NCBI RefSeq assembly: GCF_009914755.1
Contig: NC_060926.1
DNA length: 64,000 nt
Strand: one strand, 5' to 3'
DNA from: the human T2T-CHM13v2.0 reference genome, Homo sapiens
In this document: positions 12,584-23,739 of the stretch, piece after piece
Layout of the letters: each line of letters opens with the position of its first letter
How positions within the stretch are numbered: the first letter of the stretch is position 1
Notes under the pieces: generated by a model
Told to the model about the DNA's origin: nothing
The model's input: only the letters and a program-made list of their open reading frames with translations
The model's database searches: none
Program-made: the position numbers and the translations under genes

Positions 12584-13091
12584 TGCCACACACCTTTCTC
12601 AGAGGGAGAGCCTGTGCCCATGTGCTGAAACCTTTAGGAGAGGGAGCCCACTGAGGGCTGGGAGGCTCATCTCAGAAATCTCCTGCTGGCAGGCTGTGCT
12701 GGGGGAAGGGAGACAGGCCCCAAGGGTTTTGGAAGCACAGTTACCTGAGAAGGGGACTCCACAGGTAAAGGTCACTACACCCTGTAGTCCCTTGCTTTAG
12801 CTATTGTTTAAACTGATGTTAGCATTATTGACGAACAGCGCACAAATCCCCCTCCAGGCAGGCAGGGCTCAGGAGAGAAACTGCCCTTCCAGATTGCAAT
12901 GTGACAACCTCCTTCTCCAAACAGCAGCACAGCCTGCAGCGGAGAGGGCCTGAGAGCTGGCTGCCCATTATCACCTCGGTGCCGGCCCTGCCCTCTGGGC
13001 CTGTCCCTGCTGCCACCTCTGGGCCTGTGTTTCTGATTAGCGGCCCCAGCTGCGCAGCATTAGTTGCATTTTTCCAGGATGAATCTTGGTT

Positions 13092-13471
13092 GTGACTTCC
13101 TGCCACAGGTCTGAACCAGCTGCCTGCCTTTGCCGCCTGCTTCTCACCCCAGTCCCCTGGACTACCCTAAACGCCCTTACTCCCAGGGGGCTCGTCCTCG
13201 AGGGCCAGCATCAGGAATTTGCCTCCTGGGATAGGGCAGAAATCCCCTAGCTTGCCTGGGGCAGCTCAGGGCTCAGCCACTGCTCACCAAGCAGAATCTG
13301 TTCAGCTTCTTGGATGAGTCCCCTTCAGAGTGAGTGATAGGGACCCAGACCTTGGCACACGTGCCACTGGGCAAGGGCAGAGCAGGCCAAGGCCATGGAG
13401 AGGCTGCAGGTAGGCTCCCAAAGCAGACAGCATCACCTTCTGGCTTTCCAGGGTCTGTCCACCCCGTCATG
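13092..13471 (-). repeat. Long inverted repeat, right arm
   Basis: Pairs with 12196-12583; ORF track shows the same peptides on opposite strands (MTGWTDPGKPE[S/G]DA[L/V]CFGSL; QTLAHVPL). Confidence 0.97.
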
Positions 13472-13669
13472 GTCTTGGTTAGCATGAAGTCATGGTCTCC
13501 AGCTAAGGCTGCACAAACCCCGTTCTTTTCCAGAGCTCTTCTGGAAAGCTAAGTGAAGCTATCAATAGAGTCAGCATTCACCTGAGAGGTAGTGAGCTCC
13601 CCGTCCTGCAGGTCTGTGAATAAAATCTTTCACATTCATAGTGGCCTTTAAATCTTTTGTGATCCTTAC

Positions 13670-13790
13670 TATGTCCCTGTAAGTGGGTACGGCAGGGGTG
13701 AGCTTGACAATTTTTGGAGGAGAAAACTAAGGCTGGAGTGAATGTGTGCTGGAGTCTAGGCTAGAACCCAGATGTGAAGCCTACTTAGTC
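13670..13790 (-). mobile_element. Degenerate MIR
   Basis: 'ccctgtaagtggg...gaggagaaaactaaggct...ggctagaacccag'. Confidence 0.55.
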
Positions 13791-14074
13791 CACTGTGAGT
13801 TTGATTCAATATCCCTTCTCTCTGAACCCAAGCAGATTCCAAGAGACTAAGACCCCAGACCCCAACCTGGCAGCTGGTGCATGCTCTTTCCTCTTTCCCT
13901 GCCTACCAGCTCCCTGGCCAGCACCCCCGAACAATCTGACAGCCTATCCCAGGCCGGCTTGATTCTGACTGTTTGTCACTTTCCTGCCTCAACATCCTGC
14001 CCTGGGCCTCAGCCTTTGGTCTATGCTAGGGTCTGTGATCTGGGATGGGCCTCTGAAAATCAAAGCCCTAAGAG

Positions 14075-14180
14075 GACTCACAAGACTGTGAGCAACCTGA
14101 GTATGGGGCCCATAGAGGGTAGCTGGCTTCTGTGTCCCCAGTGCCCAGGGCAGGCCTGGCATAGAAGAGAACTCAGGCAA
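14075..14180 (+). mobile_element. L2 3' end fragment
   Basis: 'agactgtgagcaacctgag...ctgtgtccccagtgcccagggcaggcctggcatag'. Confidence 0.7.
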
Positions 14181-16849
14181 GAGAGTGGGACCAGCGGCTG
14201 GAAGAAATCAAGCAGGGAGTGCCATGGAGAAGCGGCTGCAGTTGGCTTTGGGGACTCCATGTGGTCAGGGAGGCTCGCTTGCTCTGGAAAGTAGGTGGAG
14301 GCTGGAGGCCAGTACTCCCTGGGGAGAGGGTGCCTGTGTAACAGGAGCATCTGGCCCTTGAAAATGCTGAGCAGAGAAATGCTAGCAGTAGCGCCAGGTG
14401 CCAGCACTCAGGGTGGGATAGAGTTCTATTGTGGCCATAGAGTCCTGCCATGGGTAGAGCTTGCTGAGGGGGGACCAGATGCTGTTGGGACCCTGGGGCT
14501 GCCATCGACTGCCTTTAGCCTGTGCTGCTGCAGGGATGCAGTGTTTCTACCCCATAACCCATCTCAAAACCCCAGTCAGCAACCGGGCTCCTGAGAGGTG
14601 GGCACATCAGCTCTCTCAAGTGCCCCGGGAGAGTTTCCTGGCCTAAGATGGTGAGTGGCATGGGGCAGGGAACAGAGACTCTGCTGGGGAAGCCTCTGTC
14701 CCAGCGGGGAGATGCTGTCCCTGTCTTCAGAGAGGCCACTCTTTGGTTTATGATGTATTGACATATCATAACCCCTGGACTCCTTTGCCCAGGAATTAAT
14801 GATTGTATTTCTATAATTCTTCAGTTATTTTAGGAAAATGTGAGCTGTTTCTTTAATTATCTACAAGGACTTGCCAACAGCTATTATACATTTGGCTAGA
14901 TTGAGACTATGAATGAAACTTGTATTTGTCCCTAAAAGTCTCGGTTGGTTTTAGCCTTCACTGTCCCCTGGATGGCTGGTGGTGGAGTGCGACGTGTGCG
15001 GTCAGCTAATGGGGACACAGTGCTGATTTGCTTGGGCTGTGTCAACAGGATCTTGGAGCTGGGAGGACCCATGACAACTTTTTACATGATGAAGAAATTC
15101 CCCTGTTGGAAGACAACCCTTCCAGCCTCCATCGCATACCTGCTGTGATAGGGAGCTCACTGCCTGCTACTTGATCATAGGTTCTGTCACCTGCTCTAGG
15201 GCCACAGGTCAGGCCAGGGGTCACTGCAGGCTCTCTTCCAGAGGCAGCTCTCCCAGGGTCCCCCTGGTGGTCACTATGAAGCTGTGCGGCTCTCCTGGAG
15301 GGTTCCCTTGCAGCCCTCAAGTGGACAAAGGGCTCATCTTTCCTTGCCAGGGGCTCCCTTGTAAAGGCCCTTTGGCCAGCAAAGGCCCCTGGGTTAGAGT
15401 TTCCTTGTGCCGCCCACCAGGCAGAAGGTCAAAGGTCTTGGCCAAGGCCCACTGTCCTCTCCCTGCAGTGACCTTCTTTGAGCACCTCTTCCTGAACATT
15501 CTCACGCCACCCTGCCAAGTCCTGGCACATACAGGACCAGACAGTAGAGTTCAGGCTGTCCCTGAGACTGCTGAAATGCCCCTTCTCCTTCACCAAGGAC
15601 CAGGGGAGAAAAAGGGACCATGGACTGGAGACAGACAGCGGGAAGGGCGGGGAGCCAGGCGATGTCATCAATGCCTGCTGTCAGGCTGGGGCCCTGCTGT
15701 CATCTAACCTGCCCGGGGCTGATGTGTCCTGGTCACTGTTAGTCCATGGGAGAAGGACCCTTATCATGGCTGGGAGACCAGGAGAAGGGGTGCAGCTCCC
15801 CTTGTGTCTTGGATTAGAACATGATTGCCAATAGGTGGCCCCAGTGGTGATGAGGGCTGTGAAGGAGGGTCCTCCATCTTTCCTGCCACCAGCCGCACCA
15901 CCATGGCTACCTTCACCGCCTTTCCAGCCAAAGCCTTTCAAAGCCATGTCTTGGTGGGTAGAACTGGATGGGGCTCTAGGCTGTGACTTTAAATGAGAAT
16001 CACTAAACTGTTGGAGATAATGGAAGGGAAGTGAGGGGCCAGTGGGGACAGGCCAGCCCTTGGGTCCATGAGACCAGTGCACTGTAGCCAAGAGTCTGAA
16101 GCCTGGCCCACATCCTCAGCCCTGGGAACATAGGAATGGCCTCAAGACCCCTGCTCAAGTCCTATGTTCTCTCCCACCAGGGACAACTGGCCATGTGGGC
16201 TTGTCTCATGGCCCCTGCATGTAATAGCTCCATTCAGTTTGGGCTTTTCATTCTTAAGTAGCACCACAGTGGGAAGTCTCTGGGCCTGTCCAGCTACTTT
16301 ACACGGCCTCCCCCAGCTGGAGTTGAAACCTATGCCTCCAAGTCCTTCCTGCACCCCTTGGGGTTTCCTCTTCAGCCCTCTAGCAAATAACTATTCCAAC
16401 AAAAACCTTCACAGCTCCCCAAGAACTTGCCATAATTTATAGGCACAAGGCAGTCCAAATCCATATGGAGAAAAGTAACATTCCTCCCCAAGAAGCAGCC
16501 CAGCCAGCCGAGAGTGGGAGAGAGAGAGAGAGACTGCTAAAAGATATACCTGTGTATTAAAAGAACTGGGGACTGAGGACTGGGGACAGACAATGGGAAG
16601 GCAGGAAGTGAGGCAATGTCACCTCACAGCTTTTAGTCCAAGGGTGACCAGCTGCCTTCAAAGGATGCCTTGGGACAAAATATGGCTGCCAGGTTTCATT
16701 TGTCCAAATGGTGGTTTTCCTAGAACAAAGGGACTTTTTTTTTTTTCTCAAAGGTAAATTAAAGCTACTTCTTTTAGGGAAGCCCAGAAAGATTTGAATT
16801 TTTAAGTGAGTTCGTCCAGCCTCTGCCCTGTTATGCAATTGAACTTGTA

Positions 16850-16995
16850 CAGTAAACCCCAGGGAGGTGAGGTGTTACCATCCCCATTTTGTGAATGAAG
16901 AAACTGAGGCTTAGGGTGGTTAAGCTGCTTCTACTCTGATGTAACAAGAGGAGGCAGGATGCAGAGCCAGGTCTGCTGACCTGCAGAGCCCATAC
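16850..16995 (-). mobile_element. MIR SINE
   Basis: 'atccccattttgtgaatgaagaaactgaggcttagggtggttaag'. Confidence 0.85.
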
Positions 16996-17629
16996 TGCAG
17001 GGGAGAGGGGGTCCCCAGAACTTAGAGGATATCAAGTCGAGAGGACAAGCACCGTCCAGTGGCTGAAAAGGCCAAGTCGAGCTGCACCGGAATGGGAGGG
17101 GTTAAGAGCCATACTGTGGAGGCAAAGTCATTCCAACACCACCCCCTCCCCCCTTTTCTCTTCCTTTTCCACTGAGTTGACCTTTAAATTATGGCATCAG
17201 CTGTCGTGCCAGACATGCTGCGATTTCCCCTCACTCCATCTGCCCAGCCTTCCCACTGGCGCAGTTTCTAGCTTGCTGCATTCTCCTCCCTCCTTCCCGT
17301 TCTCTCCTTCTCTCTCCTCTGCCCCCATCAGCTGCCTCCCTCTGAGTCCCATTCACAAAATCCCAGCCATGTCGCTGGCCCTGCTGCAGGTGGCATTCGG
17401 GCATTGCTGGTGTCCCCCCAGGGCCATGTCTCCCCACCTCCCAACTCTGCTCCGGGACACTGCAGCTGGGAAGTCACCTCTGCCCAGTCCTACTCCTGCC
17501 TCCCTCCAGGCTGGTCTGTAAGCCTGCACACCGGCCTCTCCCCACCCGTGCCCCATCCAGGCCCTTGCTGCTCCCATCTTCCTCCAGCCCCACCCCTCCC
17601 CAAAGCCTCCAGTGGGGATGCACCCTCTG

Positions 17630-18010
17630 CTTAATATTCATTTGCATTTGGCCCAGGGCCTAAACTATATATTTTGTTTTTTTGCCATGACTGTAGAATA
17701 TAGCAGACATTAAATCTTATCGGTTTAATTTTCTTCCAGATAATAGTACAGGCTTTGAATTTTTTCTTAAACTATGGAAAAAGTGTCAAAGAAAAGTGGA
17801 ACATTAATCAAGGGACTTTGATGAAAGGAATGAAAGTGTTTTCCTAAGAGCCCAACATGTGGTGCAGCTGCTGGTGGATATTTAAATGACATTTTTCATA
17901 TGTTGCTATAAAAAAAAATCTCTTTGAGTTGATTCTGGAAATATATTACAATTTGCTACAATGCCAGTGGTCTTAAAATTATTTAGAAATAAAATGTGTT
18001 TATGATTTCT
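17630..18010. promoter_or_regulatory. AT-rich unique island with octamer and TCF/LEF motifs (candidate enhancer)
   Basis: ATTTGCAT 17640-17647, CTTTGAA 17753-17759, CTTTGAT 17816-17822, TAAT cores; sharply AT-rich in a GC-rich context; no repeat recognised. Confidence 0.4.
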
Positions 18011-19779
18011 GCTCTACTTTGTATATTTGTCTGCTTCAGGACTCTTTCCTTTGAGGAGGGCCTAACCAGTCTACCCCAGAAGCAGTAAGTCTCTTCAGGA
18101 CAGGCACCATCAGACAGGGGGTCCCCAAAGATGGGAGTCATATTTTCTTCTTCTGTGGCCTTTGGCCTAACATGTCACTCTTCTCCAGAGGTTTAAGCTG
18201 CAATGGGAGGGATTCAGGCGAGAAAGAAAGAGGTGATGGAGAACGTCATTATGTATTAGGAAGGTCTGGGGAAAGCTTTTTAAAAGGTGTGATTTCTCCT
18301 GTAAATGAGAAAGGAATGAATTCGTTCAACTCCTAGGTTTCCTTATAAGCCTGAACACCCAGGAGAGTGGAATCCAGAGGCCAGAAAACCCTGACCTCCA
18401 GCCTCCCTTGTGAGGCTCCTCACAGCATGGAAGGGACCCCTCCCTCCATTTGGGCTGGGAGAGACTGGAGCTTCAGTCTCATTTTTGGAGCCAGCTGGGC
18501 TGGGAAATCTTTGGGAGTCTGCCCTTCCCAGCCCCCTCACTGGGATGCCTTCCTCAGAAGATCATTTAGGGCTTCTAGGCTCCTGCCCTCTGAAGGACCC
18601 ACTTCTCCCCTATGAACCCTGCATCCTTGTAACTTTGCCAATCCTAGTGCCAGGGGAAGGAAAGAGACTCCCGAGAGGTGCCCTTGGCATGTGGACACGG
18701 AGGCCGTCTGTCCTGGGCTCTCTGACGGACCGCAGAGGCAAGGCCAGGGTCTCAGCAGTAGGAGCGCCTAGGCTGATTCCAGAGCAGAAGAGGCCCCACA
18801 GTCCCTCCCAGGACCCAGAAGGCAGATGTCCTGGGCGCTTGCTGTTCTTCCCCCAGCCTGCGCAGCTCCTGGGGGAGATGAACGGAGGCCTGAAAGCCTT
18901 CCCAGTCTGGCCTCGGGCCCTGCATTGGCAGTCAGTTCTGTCCCCATTGACCAGTGGGGGGCACACTCTCCCAAGTTTTCCTGTCTCCACTGTAATTGTC
19001 ATTTGGACCTGAAGGTAAATTCAAGGGTGCTGGTGCCTCCTTCCCTGCCAGGGGCTCCCTGGAGGAGGGGTGGACAGGAGAAGCTCTGCTTCTGCGCAGT
19101 CTGCAGGGCATCTCCAGCCTCTGGGCTGCTCTCTTCTCCTGTTCTGGCCTTTGGGTCCCCAACTTCTCCTCCTGTCCACTTGCCCCACATGTCCTCCCGA
19201 GAGGAGACCTTTTATGAGGACTCTGGTTTGGGGAAGGGAAGAAACCTGCCCAAGCGCAACTAAGCTTTCCTTCCTCTCAGATCTGCCTCCACTTTCCTTC
19301 CTGATCTCATTGTCCCCTCTTTCTACCCAACCTACTCAGTTCTACACTGTCCCCCAAGTGTCCAACCTTGGGTCTGCCTCTGCTTCTTTTCTGCAATTAG
19401 ATGCCTTCTTGTAGGCCCAGCCGAGGCTCCACTTTCTCCCTAGGGCCTTCCCTGTCTGACTCCAAAGAACACAGTGGCTGAAGCTTGGGAAGAGGAGTGA
19501 GTGAGGTGGGGTCTTGCCTTGCCAGTTGCCTTAGCTCTGCTACTTTTGTCTTACACCCCCTCGGACTATGAGCCCCTTGGGCAGGACGGTGCCAGGAGGG
19601 CAGCCTTTATTTTTCCATAACACTGTTTGGTGCAGGTGGAGCTCAGAGAAGACACCCCTGGAGGGATTTGGAACAGCCTCTTAGGCACCTTTGGGAGGTC
19701 CCTGAGTCTCAGCTGATTGAACTAATTTAGCTGATCACGATAATTCTCTTGCCTGTAACAATTTAGGAATGAAATATGA

Positions 19780-20085
19780 GAAGAGTCTGTTGGGGGCTTT
19801 GAGGAAATATTTTCTCACACCCAAGACAGAGATACAGTGACACAGGAAAACAAGTCCTTTGCTTTCCTCTGGTCGTATCCATGCCTAGATGAGATGGTAG
19901 AATGCCTGCAGCATCTGAGGATGAAGCCGTGACACAGATGAGGACAAGCCAAGAGCATCTCAGAAGCATGCAACAGGAGCCCTGATGAACCTTCTTAGAA
20001 AACAAGATCATCAGTTTCTCTCACCATGTTGTCTAGCTGAAGATGGAATGTCCTGCTACTTACAGCCATAAAACAGCCTACCTGC
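19780..20085 (+). mobile_element. Old MaLR (MLT1-type) LTR fragment
   Basis: 3' end 'tcctgctacttacagccataaaacagcctacctg' and internal 'gcagcatctgaggatgaagcc' resemble old MLT1 LTRs. Confidence 0.5.
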
Positions 20086-21102
20086 ATGGGAAGAGGTGGA
20101 TGGAGGCTGGAGAAACACTCATTGCTGAGCTGAACCGGGGCTGACTGATAACAAAGACCTTACCCTCTCTCCCTCCCTCTTCTTCCTTCCCAGAAAGAAA
20201 GAAGGGGTCTTTTTCCAAGGCCACCTCTGAGACTAAATAGGGATGGCTAGGACTGCATCACTGGGCCATTTTGAGGTCCTTCTAGGATAACACACATACT
20301 ATAAAGGCTCATTAGGGGCTCCATTCCATCCATCCCCTTTCCCCTGCTGTTTTGCTTGCAAAGACAAAATGTTCGTAGGTCTTTGTTGCATGCTGAAGAT
20401 AGCCATTAGTAAAGAAAAGGGAAACAAGGGCTCAAATGGAGGAATCCCAGTGTCTGCCCTTGATCCCAAACCAATCAGATCCTAGGGGCTTTCAACAGCG
20501 AAGGAGCATTGCAGAACCTCACTGTGTCTTGAATACTGCATTTTATGATTCAACACCATTGGGAGATGGACTGCATCTCATAATGGATCCAAGAACACAA
20601 GAGTTTCCGCTTCCAGGGATGCTGCATGACCATAGGGATGCAGCCCATGTCAGCAGCAGTTGCCTTAGAAAATACTGGAAACTGAGGGCCTGGTCACTCA
20701 TGCCTGGTGAGAGCATTCCCAGCAGGGTAAAGTGAAGAACCCAGCCCTGCCTGCATAGTTCTCTGAGACCACTGCATGTAAAGTAGCACCCAGTGCTAAC
20801 CAGATCTCCAAGGAGTTGGCTAAACTCTGTGCCCTGGTGTTGTAGATATTGCTGTGCCCCTGAAAGCCAGCGCCAATGAACATAGCATGGCACCAGGGCT
20901 CCAACATTCACTGTAAAAAGTCAGGTAGAAACAAGCTTGAACTACACCCATAAAGGTTTGAGTCAGCTGCAAGGAGACTTCCTGAAAGAGTGGTTGGGCC
21001 ACAGCTAGAAATGGGCAGCCAGTAATATTTTCCCTGCCTCTGTTTTAGACTCAGATATCTTTAAAGGCAGGAGAGCTACTCAGGAGACAGGTTTGGTAGT
21101 TG

Positions 21103-22135
21103 GTGCTGTTCTCAGTTAGAGGCTAGGGCTAAGTGACCTGCCACTCCTCTCTAGGCCTGGAGAGGGACATGTGTACTACGTGTACTCAGGCTCAGTCCTG
21201 AAACACGAGGACTGAAGTGTTACATGGCCTGTTTCTGGTTTACTGGGAATTTCAGGAAACCCAAATACAAAGTGATTTGAGTGGGAGGGGCTTTAAATTT
21301 CTCCAAACGAAAACATTTTTACACTGTATAAATTCCTTTGTGGGATTACTTGCTAGCATTTTTCTGTCTCCCAACCATGTTGAAAATTCAGTCATCCAGT
21401 TTCATGGACACATACAGAGGGCCAAAAGGGGCTGCATTTCTATGCATATGACTTAATCTCTGGCAAGGAAGGCTGAGGGGAGGACAATGGCAAGCTCTTT
21501 GATGAGAGATGACCCTGGGAAGAAGGAGTGAGGAGAGGAAGACTAGGATACAGCTGGGGGAAGGACTCTCGTGCAAGTGGAGACCATCAGATGAGAGAGG
21601 AACATGTGTTCTCATGACTGCCCTCTACTATCCTGGCTGGATTTTAAGGGGACTCACATATTTTCCTTCCTTGACCTAGCCTCCCCTGATCAAGGAGTCA
21701 AAGTCCTAGTCAGCTGGAGCTGCCAGTCTGATGAGCAGATAACCTCTGGACTTGAGAAGTCTCAGGTCCATGTACTCAGACACATGGCAGAGACACAAGG
21801 CTGAGAAAGCAGTTCTAATATTTAGCACAGCTAAGACTCTTTGGACCTACATCTGAGCACCTGTGACAGGACAAAGGAAAAAAAATGAGATCCTTTTCCC
21901 AGGGAGCTAGAACAATAGGGGTATGAGTTCCTGGATCCTTATCCCTAAGCCCTGGCCTCCTAGAAATGGGCTACTAGCTTTTTCATGGGGAAGGGATGTC
22001 CTACCACCCCTACTCCCATTAACAACACAAACTATCTTTGTCAATTCTGAGTCTTCTCTTGCGAAAGGCACAGTTACTCAGTTGTGTGCTGTTCTCAGTT
22101 AGACACTAGGGCTAAGTGACCTAGGGCTAAGTGAC
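21103..22135 (+). repeat. 37-bp direct repeat pair (21103-21139, 22086-22122) plus 15-bp tandem duplication (22106-22135)
   Basis: gtgctgttctcagttaga[gg/ca]ctagggctaagtgacct, 35/37 identical. Confidence 0.9.
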
Positions 22136-22202
22136 TTGGGTGGAAGTCCTAGACTTCCTCCCAAGACATCTCTCGCTGTGAACTCCTTCAAGATGATATC
22201 TT

Positions 22203-22811
22203 TGGTTTCCCTAGAAAATAGAGACTGCAGCAGTGCTTAAGTGTGAATGCTTTATTTTGGAAGTGGAAACCCATGGAAGCAAAAGTGAAACAAGGTAGAA
22301 GTGAGGCAGTAAAGGGTAGGGAACAATGCAAGATGATATGTTATTGCACTGGCTGTTGCTTTCTGACAAGTTGCAAAGAGACACCGCTGTCCAAGATGTA
22401 GATGCATCCCATCAGCCAGGAAGGATATCTCTGGACAAGCTGTTCAGAAAACATTTGCCCTTGGAACCAACAATTAGAAGGGAAAAGGAGGGAGAATTTT
22501 ATCTAAAGTTCTCTTCCATCTTTTCTCTTTTGAAATTACTCTTATAGGGCACTCACCTGAACTCCCTGATTGTATCACTTGGCCCCTTCAGCAGTGGCTT
22601 AGGAAGCTAGATCCCACACCATATATATTGTTCCTTCTTCCAAGTCTAAAATGCAGCAGGAGTCTGCGGTTCTGGCAGGGCAGCTGGTCAACCTCAGATG
22701 GCAGAACCGTGCAAGTATGAAAGGAGTCAGTTGACTGTGGAAGCAGCTGAGGAGAAGCAAGTGTCTGAGTGTTCAAGAGAATCTGAAGAGGTTCATAAGA
22801 TGTGCCCAACA
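22203..22811 (-). mobile_element. Old ERVL-type solo LTR (LTR16/LTR33-like)
   Basis: Begins 'ggtttccctagaaaatagagactg...tgctttattttggaagtg' (antisense polyA-signal region), ends '...gtgcccaaca'. Confidence 0.5.
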
Positions 22812-23127
22812 GAAATAGAGAGGATTCCTAGAGGATGCGGATGGAAAGAAGGGATCCCTTCAGAGAGGGAAGGTACTTAGAGATCGTTGAAAGTGAGGGA
22901 AGAAGGAACTCTAGGAGAGAAAACATGAAGGTGGGAAGTTGAGGGTGTCATGGAAGTCTAAGTAGGCAAAATAGAAAGACCCAGTGACTCTGGATAGAAA
23001 GCTACTCCAGTTCTGGAAGCTACTTCAAGGGCATCCTCTGGATAATAAAGCACATTAAATCAGAACCTTCTCAGACAGTGTATGCTCCTGGTTGTAAAGA
23101 ACAGGTCTGTTTTGTCTTTGCCCACCT

Positions 23128-23606
23128 GTGTAGTAGATTGTAAAATGGCCATAAATTCTTCCCTTCCCTCAATCCATGCCCTTACAATGTGACTTTGTAG
23201 ATCCTCCCATTATGAGATGAAGTTTATTTCCCCACCTTTTGAATCTGGGTTGACCATGTTATCTACTTTAGACAATGGGACATTAGCAAACATGACACAA
23301 GTAGAGGCTTGGAAAGCACCCTTGTGCATTGGGGCTTGCCCTTGGCTGAGCTTAGAACATGATACTGCTGTGATACCAGAAGCCTGAGGTAGCCTTCTGG
23401 AGGATGAGAGACCACATGAAAGAAAATTGAGGTGCCCGTCAGACGTGAGTGAGGCTATCTTTGTGAATCCAGTTGCTAGCTGACTGCAGACACACGAGGA
23501 AGCCCAGAACTGCCCAGCTGACCCAAAGATCATGCACTAAATAAAATGGTGGTTGTTTTAATATGCTAAGCATTGGGGTTGTTTGTTATGTAGTAAAAGC
23601 TACACT
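23128..23606 (+). mobile_element. MLT1 (MaLR) solo LTR
   Basis: 'tgtgtagtagattgtaaaatggcc...gaatctgggttgacc...aataaaatggtggttgttttaa...ggggttgtttgttatgtag'. Confidence 0.85.
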
Positions 23607-23739
23607 AATTCAACCTGAATAACCAATCGTGTGTTAAACTCATGGATTGTGTTTTGTGAAGATTTTCAGAACAGAGTTGAACTTCATAGACTCCACTAGT
23701 CAGAGAAAACAACTGAATAGAGTGGATAATTGACAATGC

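Noticed and set aside
12196-13471. Calling the inverted repeat a miRNA gene or a MITE
   Set aside because: A 508-nt loop and ~380-bp stem do not fit a pre-miRNA; no TSD or known terminal motif; no G-U strand bias
11981-13552. Paralogous-looking peptides on opposite strands (MTGWTDPGKPE..., QTLAHVPL)
   Set aside because: A by-product of the DNA inverted repeat; frames are broken by stops and indels between the arms, so not a duplicated gene
10015-22135. CRISPR-like reading of spaced short repeats (10015-10137; 21103/22086)
   Set aside because: Only 2-3 copies, wrong geometry, primate DNA, no cas genes
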